From NCBI GenBank assembly GCA_049512935.1, contig JBEKWR010000006.1, positions 1 through 64,000 of the forward strand: 64,000 nucleotides of DNA, read 5' to 3'. Of this stretch, positions 59,113 to 64,000 are shown one piece after another. The notes under the pieces were generated by a model that saw only the letters and a program-made list of their open reading frames with translations, had not been told where the DNA came from and did no database searches. Positions within the stretch are counted from its first letter, which is position 1. The number at the start of each line of letters is the position of its first letter. The position numbers and the translations under genes were made by a program. This stretch comes from Candidatus Bathyarchaeia archaeon (GTDB lineage Archaea; Thermoproteota; Bathyarchaeia; Bathyarchaeales; Bathycorpusculaceae).

Positions 59113-59409
59113 TTAGTCTTCTTCGTCGAATCCGCGGTTTTTGATTTTAAGCTGGTTTTCTTTTTCGCCGATGACTCTGAACCGTTCTGTCAGGTCATGC
59201 TTGTGCAGAAACTTCTTTACAGTTATCTTCACGTACTTCTTGCTTAGTGCTTCGCCTTCGCCTTTCACCGTGACAACTTGCTCTGCCGTGGACACTTCCC
59301 CGCCTGTTTTCTCCTTCAGGAAATCTGACAGCTTCGAAACCAGGTCCTTCTCCTCGTGTTTAAGATCTGACGCGTCGACTTTCATCTCAACAACTTTTGA
59401 TTCACTCAT
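59113..59409 (-). CDS. rpl22e: Ribosomal protein eL22 (L22e) homologue
   Basis: VDAS...DFLKEK...VTV....SKKYVKITVKKFLHKHDL.ERFRVI resembles eukaryotic SKRYLKYLTKKYLKK.NLRDWLRVV; ATG 59409 after GAGGTG. Confidence 0.8.
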   Translation of the reverse strand: MSESKVVEMKVDASDLKHEEKDLVSKLSDFLKEKTGGEVSTAEQVVTVKGEGEALSKKYVKITVKKFLHKHDLTERFRVIGEKENQLKIKNRGFDEED

Positions 59410-59587
59410 ATTCAATTCACCTCGGTTCACGTGCGCCCATAAGCTCATGTTTAGCAATGCATCTCACTAAAGCTTCACTGATAAGTTTTCCGCTGCCAAC
59501 CCACCCGCACATCCAAAAGAAAAGCAACGAAAACGTCAACCTATGCCATTTTGGGTGCAGCACAACCTAGCGGGAAAATGTTGGGGG

Positions 59588-60346
59588 CTAACTCTTTTGG
59601 CTTCTTGTGAAGTACGCGGAAAAAATCGCTAACCTGTCAATGGGGTAGAAAATAAGCATTGAGTAACATTTTGTTTTGCGTACGACGGCTACGGCGCGAA
59701 TCGGGCTGGTCAGCAGCAGCCGAAAACAGTTCACCTTGTCCCTTCCACTGTAGGACGGCAACGAAAGCATGTGTATGCGAAGGTCATGCTGAATGGTCTC
59801 GCCTAAGCCAGCTCTTGTAATATGGTCGGAGACAACGTCTGAGAGGACAACCCACTTGTACCCCGCTTGCCGCATCCGCGCGGGACTGGAAGACTCGCAG
59901 AAACCAAACCGTTTCACGACGTCGGTTCGGCAGAGGTTGTTGTCGACGCTGCGCTTGTCAGGTCTGTTCTGGTACTCGTAAGCGTCAAGCTTGCGCAGCC
60001 TCGGCTCGGTGGAAAGACGTATGCCCTGGACAACGCCGACATGCGGGTCTTTCATGGCTTCAAAGGCTTTGCGCCACCAGTCACGGCTCAAAAGCACGTC
60101 ATGCTCGAAGCTGGCGAAGAGTGGCGTGGAAACGAGGCTCAGCGCCGTCTGCTTGTTAGCCTGTAACCCCCTGCCTCTGTTAAAGTGGACTTCCCAACCG
60201 AACTCCTTAGCGATCTTCACAGTCTGGTCCGTGCTGTGGTCGTCGCTGATGATTTTTCGGTTGACGCACTCGGCAGGTATTACCTCGGAGATTCTTTGAA
60301 GCACGGCTGGCAAAAGTTTTTCACTGTTAAAAGTCCACATAATCAA
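59588..60346 (-). CDS. Glycosyltransferase family 2
   Basis: TFNSE, SDDHSTDQT..IA, FEHDV. Confidence 0.8.
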   Translation of the reverse strand: MIMWTFNSEKLLPAVLQRISEVIPAECVNRKIISDDHSTDQTVKIAKEFGWEVHFNRGRGLQANKQTALSLVSTPLFASFEHDVLLSRDWWRKAFEAMKDPHVGVVQGIRLSTEPRLRKLDAYEYQNRPDKRSVDNNLCRTDVVKRFGFCESSSPARMRQAGYKWVVLSDVVSDHITRAGLGETIQHDLRIHMLSLPSYSGRDKVNCFRLLLTSPIRAVAVVRKTKCYSMLIFYPIDRLAIFSAYFTRSQKS

Positions 60347-60748
60347 GTCGATTTTGCCTATTTTCGCCGTTTCAGAATCACCTGCTTAACGTTTTCCAAA
60401 CTTTTCGGGTTGGACTTTGCTGATAGCAATGGCAAAAAACTTGTATTTATCAGTTGCTAACAAATCGCCAAGTTCACTTTTAACAGGGCGGCAATCTGAA
60501 AGCCGACGCAATCGATGGATTGCTTGTGCTCATCATGCATCGTGAAGAGGGCTCAGCCAACCAAGAAACGTTGACTGTTGCCGTTTTGGTTTTTTCGTCA
60601 GTTCGCCCGTCGAGTCAATATCACCGCCGAAAGGCTCAGTGACTCTAGTGCTCATCATCCAAACCATAAATTGAGCGGCAATCCTTAAGACTGTTACGGC
60701 AGATTTCTTCATCGAAACTTGCAATGGAATATTTTGCAGGTGTTATTC

Positions 60749-61084
60749 TCACTCGTTGTCTAAAATTTCTTGAAGGAGAGGCTTTAACGGAGGTAATTCG
60801 CATTTTGCCGTGTCCCATAGATCTTTGAACTCGACTTTAGGGTATTCATGGGCTAAGAAGTTTCTTGCGGATTTCATTCTTGCCCAGGGAATTTGGTTGT
60901 ATTTCTGTCTTATTTCGAGTGGAATCAGCTTCACGTTTTCGCCTATGAGTAGCAGATTCATGGAAACAGCTTTTATCGCCATTTTGTTTTGGAGGAAGCC
61001 CTCGTATGTCAGGTTTTTAGTGAATTCCTCGACTTCTAAGATCGCTTCAAGAATTTCGTTAATGTACACTTTGAAGTTTTTCAT
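60749..61084 (-). CDS. HEPN (DUF86) toxin
   Basis: IGE..K, IPW, RNFLAHEY (Rx4H). Confidence 0.92.
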   Translation of the reverse strand: MKNFKVYINEILEAILEVEEFTKNLTYEGFLQNKMAIKAVSMNLLLIGENVKLIPLEIRQKYNQIPWARMKSARNFLAHEYPKVEFKDLWDTAKCELPPLKPLLQEILDNE

Positions 61085-61374
61085 ACAGTAACTATCTCAT
61101 TTAGAACTTGGTTTTTTATCATCGGCAAAAGAGCGCCTTTTTGTACAAGGTCGATCTTTAATCCCAGTTTCTTTCTGATGAATTGCTGTACCTCAATGAA
61201 CTTATAGAGACCAATCGGCTGCGAAAACGTCACCAATATGTCCAAATCGCTGTTGTTGGTTTGTTGTCCTCGCGAGTAGGAACCAAATATAGCTATCGTG
61301 TCGACCTTGTAGCGCCTTTTGAGCTCTGGCTTGAGTTCCTGCAACTCAGCTTTGAGTTCTTCCAATGATCTCAT
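61081..61374 (-). CDS. MNT nucleotidyltransferase antitoxin
   Basis: FGSYSRG.....SDLDILV, KIDLV. Confidence 0.93.
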   Translation of the reverse strand: MRSLEELKAELQELKPELKRRYKVDTIAIFGSYSRGQQTNNSDLDILVTFSQPIGLYKFIEVQQFIRKKLGLKIDLVQKGALLPMIKNQVLNEIVTV

Positions 61375-61533
61375 TCCAAGCCACCTTCGGTTAACAGGGT
61401 AATTATTACGTTAACCAATATTTATTTTCGCCTTCGGTGTGTGCGTTTAACGCACTTTATCAGGCAATGCATTTGCGGAGTATTGTTTTTATTTTCCGCA
61501 AGTGTTCTCCCTTTCAAGGAAGTTGATCTGGCT

Positions 61534-62055
61534 ATGGATCTTTTGGAAATCATCCGAAACAGGCGAAGCATAAGAGCCTACAAGAGCGAAGACTTGCCAG
61601 AGGGCACCGTTGAGAAACTTCTTGAAGCCGCAAGGTGGGCGCCTTCAGCTGGAAACGTTCAGCCATGGGCGTTCGTCGTCGCCGCCACACATAACATGAA
61701 GCTAAACCTCTCTGTGGCGGCTTACGGGCAGAAGCAAGTTGAGGAAGCCTCGGTTGTGATCATTGTTTGCGCCGATGAAGCACGCGCGGAAGAAAGTTAC
61801 GGGTTACGGGGAAAGACCCTTTTTTGCTTACAGGATACCGCCGCAGCGATTCAAAACATCCTCCTGTCCGCCCACGCTCTGGGTTTGGGCTCATGCTGGG
61901 TCGGCGCCTTCAAGGAGGAACAAGTGCGGAAAGCGGTGAACGCGCCCAAGAACATGCGACCAGTCGCGTTGATTCCCGTCGGGACCCCTGATGAGACTCC
62001 TGAGGCTCGGGTTAGGCGCCCGTTAAGCGAGATAATGCACAGAGAAACCTTTTGA
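61534..62055 (+). CDS. Nitroreductase family protein
   Basis: RRSIRAY, APSAGNVQPW, GLGSCW; likely ATG 61534. Confidence 0.92.
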   Translation: MDLLEIIRNRRSIRAYKSEDLPEGTVEKLLEAARWAPSAGNVQPWAFVVAATHNMKLNLSVAAYGQKQVEEASVVIIVCADEARAEESYGLRGKTLFCLQDTAAAIQNILLSAHALGLGSCWVGAFKEEQVRKAVNAPKNMRPVALIPVGTPDETPEARVRRPLSEIMHRETF

Positions 62056-62183
62056 CACCAGCCAAAAACGAAAAGTCGAAGCGTCGGCAGAAAAAGCATA
62101 TATGACTTAAACCCCACTCTTCTTGAAAGACACACAGGTGAAACAAGACGGCTTCGTCTAACGCTGAAGAAAACAACAATGAG

Positions 62184-63290
62184 ATGGTGGTTACACCTTG
62201 GGAAGTGAAAGGCAAAGTTGACTATGAACGCCTTATCCGAGAATTCGGCACCCAACCGCTCACCCCCCAGCTTCTTGAAAGAGTGGAAAAGCACACGGGC
62301 AAACTGCACTTGCAGCTTGAGAGGCAAATTTTCTTCAGCCACCGCGACCTAGACACCGTGCTTGACCTCTACGACCAAGGCGTCAAATTCGTTCTTTACA
62401 CGGGCAGAGGACCCTCAGGGCCAGTGCACATCGGGCATCTTGTCCCGTGGATTTTCACCCTTCACATACAACAAAAATTCAATACGCGACTCTACTTCCA
62501 GATGACAGACGACGAAAAATTCTTGATTGATGATGATGCCAACCTCAAGGAAACGGGGAAATACGCCTACGAAAACGCGCTCGACCTCATCGCGCTGGGC
62601 TTCAAACCCGAAAACACCTTCATAATCTACGACACACAAGACATCGACCTCCTCTACGACATCACCCTTGAAGTGGCGAAACGCATCACTTACAGCACGG
62701 CGCGCAGCAGCTTCGGCTTCCAAGACAGTACAAACATCGGCTGGGTAATGTGGCCAGCCATCCAAGCCGCGCCATGTTTCATCCACAAAAAACTCACGGG
62801 CGAAAACGTCCCAGCGCTCATCCCCGCAGCCATCGACCAGGACCCGTACTGGAGAGTAACCCGCGACATAGCCCAGAAACTCGGCTACTACAAACCCGCG
62901 CAAATCCACTGCCGCTTTCTGCCTGGTCTGGGGCAAGGCGGAAAAATGAGCGCGTCAATGCCTGAAACCAGCATTTTCACCATGGACCCGCCTGACGTGG
63001 TTAAGAAGAAGATTTGGAACGCTTTCACAGGCGGCAAGGGGACGGCGGCTGAGCAGCGGAAAGAGGGCGCTGACCCGACGGTGTGCAGCATCTTCCAGTA
63101 CTACTTCTACCTGTTTGAGGAGGACAGCAGCAAGCTTGCGGAGCGGGAACGTCGATGTCGAGGCGGCGAAATTCTGTGCGGCGAATGCAAGAAAGACATC
63201 GCAGAAAAACTCAACCGTTTCCTCGAGCAGCACAGGGAACGACGGGAGAAAGCTAAAGACGTCATCGAACAATACCATATAAAGCGGTAG
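62184..63290 (+). CDS. trpS: Tryptophanyl-tRNA synthetase (archaeal/eukaryotic type)
   Basis: VTPWEV, YTGRGPS, HIGH, TDDEK, AIDQDPY, KMSAS, CGECK. Confidence 0.97.
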   Translation: MVVTPWEVKGKVDYERLIREFGTQPLTPQLLERVEKHTGKLHLQLERQIFFSHRDLDTVLDLYDQGVKFVLYTGRGPSGPVHIGHLVPWIFTLHIQQKFNTRLYFQMTDDEKFLIDDDANLKETGKYAYENALDLIALGFKPENTFIIYDTQDIDLLYDITLEVAKRITYSTARSSFGFQDSTNIGWVMWPAIQAAPCFIHKKLTGENVPALIPAAIDQDPYWRVTRDIAQKLGYYKPAQIHCRFLPGLGQGGKMSASMPETSIFTMDPPDVVKKKIWNAFTGGKGTAAEQRKEGADPTVCSIFQYYFYLFEEDSSKLAERERRCRGGEILCGECKKDIAEKLNRFLEQHRERREKAKDVIEQYHIKR

Positions 63291-63365
63291 ATGACGGTTC
63301 TTTTCAGGTTTTCAAGCGTGGCGGCTGAAAAGTATTTTAGGCAGGTATGAAAATCATACTAGCAG

Positions 63366-63671
63366 TTGATTTGGATGCAGGAAGAACCTGAAATCGCGGT
63401 TGTCGGAACCAAAGGTCAAATAGTTATCCCGCAGCGAATGCGAAAAGAATTGGCGATCAAGCCCAACACCAAGCTATGCGTGTACAAAAGGGACGATAAA
63501 CTGGTTATCATGAAGCTCGCTGTCTCCCCCTTAGATGATATGAAAGCGCTTTTCAAAGAAATAGACAAACAGAACAGAGGAAAAAAGAAGCCAGCCGAGA
63601 ACGAGATTTTGGAGGATATCCAGCAATATAGACGGGAGAAAAGAGCTAAGGAAAACAAATGCGCCGAGTAG
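63366..63671 (+). CDS. AbrB-family antitoxin
   Basis: VGTKGQIVIPQRMRKELAI. Confidence 0.88.
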   Translation: MIWMQEEPEIAVVGTKGQIVIPQRMRKELAIKPNTKLCVYKRDDKLVIMKLAVSPLDDMKALFKEIDKQNRGKKKPAENEILEDIQQYRREKRAKENKCAE

Positions 63672-64000
63672 TTGTCGACACAAACGTTCTGGTTTCAGCG
63701 GCTATTTGGGGCGGCAAACCCCGAGAGCTTTTGCTCAAGTTGCTCGAGCACGATGTAGTGATATCTTCACCCCAACTGGTTGCTGAGTTATCTGATGTTC
63801 TTGCTAGGCGCGAATCCCTTGTAGGTAATGTTCAAACAAAACGATTCGTTAGAGATTTTGTGCAACAAGCCGAAATGACGAAAGATACAGCCAGATTCAA
63901 ACTGGTCTTGGATGATCCCGATGACAATGTCATTTTGGATGCTGCTTACTCCGGAAAAGCAGATTACATTGTCACTGGCGATAAGCATCTACTCGCCCTA
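63659..64000 (+). CDS. PIN-domain toxin (partial, runs off window end)
   Basis: Own translation: MRRVVVDTNVLVSA...DDPDDN..LDAA..GKADYIVTGDKHLL. Confidence 0.9.
   Translation, partial: MRRVVVDTNVLVSAAIWGGKPRELLLKLLEHDVVISSPQLVAELSDVLARRESLVGNVQTKRFVRDFVQQAEMTKDTARFKLVLDDPDDNVILDAAYSGKADYIVTGDKHLLAL

Overview
Archaeal genomic window, most consistent with Bathyarchaeia or a related TACK lineage. This is inferred from gene content (TFB, Lrp/AsnC regulators, an eL22-like ribosomal protein, a DUF2206/DUF1616 glycosylation cluster); no rRNA or marker phylogeny is available. Layout: (1) 1-12.5 kb housekeeping genes (kdpA fragment, asnB, permease, PiT/DUF47, TFB) plus a lone phage tail-tube gene. (2) 12.7-16.6 kb, a small defence-like islet among tRNA remnants. 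(3) 17.3-43.3 kb, a glycosylation/EPS cluster containing two tRNA-Cys genes, bracketed by ~700-bp inverted repeats that each carry a tandem-AbrB-like gene and a phased 10-bp repeat array. (4) 45-56.3 kb, the main find: a clustered archaeal/eukaryotic-type selenocysteine system. It has two tRNA-Sec(UCA) copies, SepSecS, a PSTK-SelB fusion and an HdrA-MvhD fusion with two in-frame UGA codons at conserved Cys/Sec positions. Each UGA is followed, exactly 6 nt downstream, by a hairpin inside the coding sequence (very strong for the first, weaker for the second). SelD is not in the window. (5) 56.5-64 kb, a surface protein, eL22, toxin-antitoxin pairs and trpS. Family assignments come from motif recognition, not database searches.
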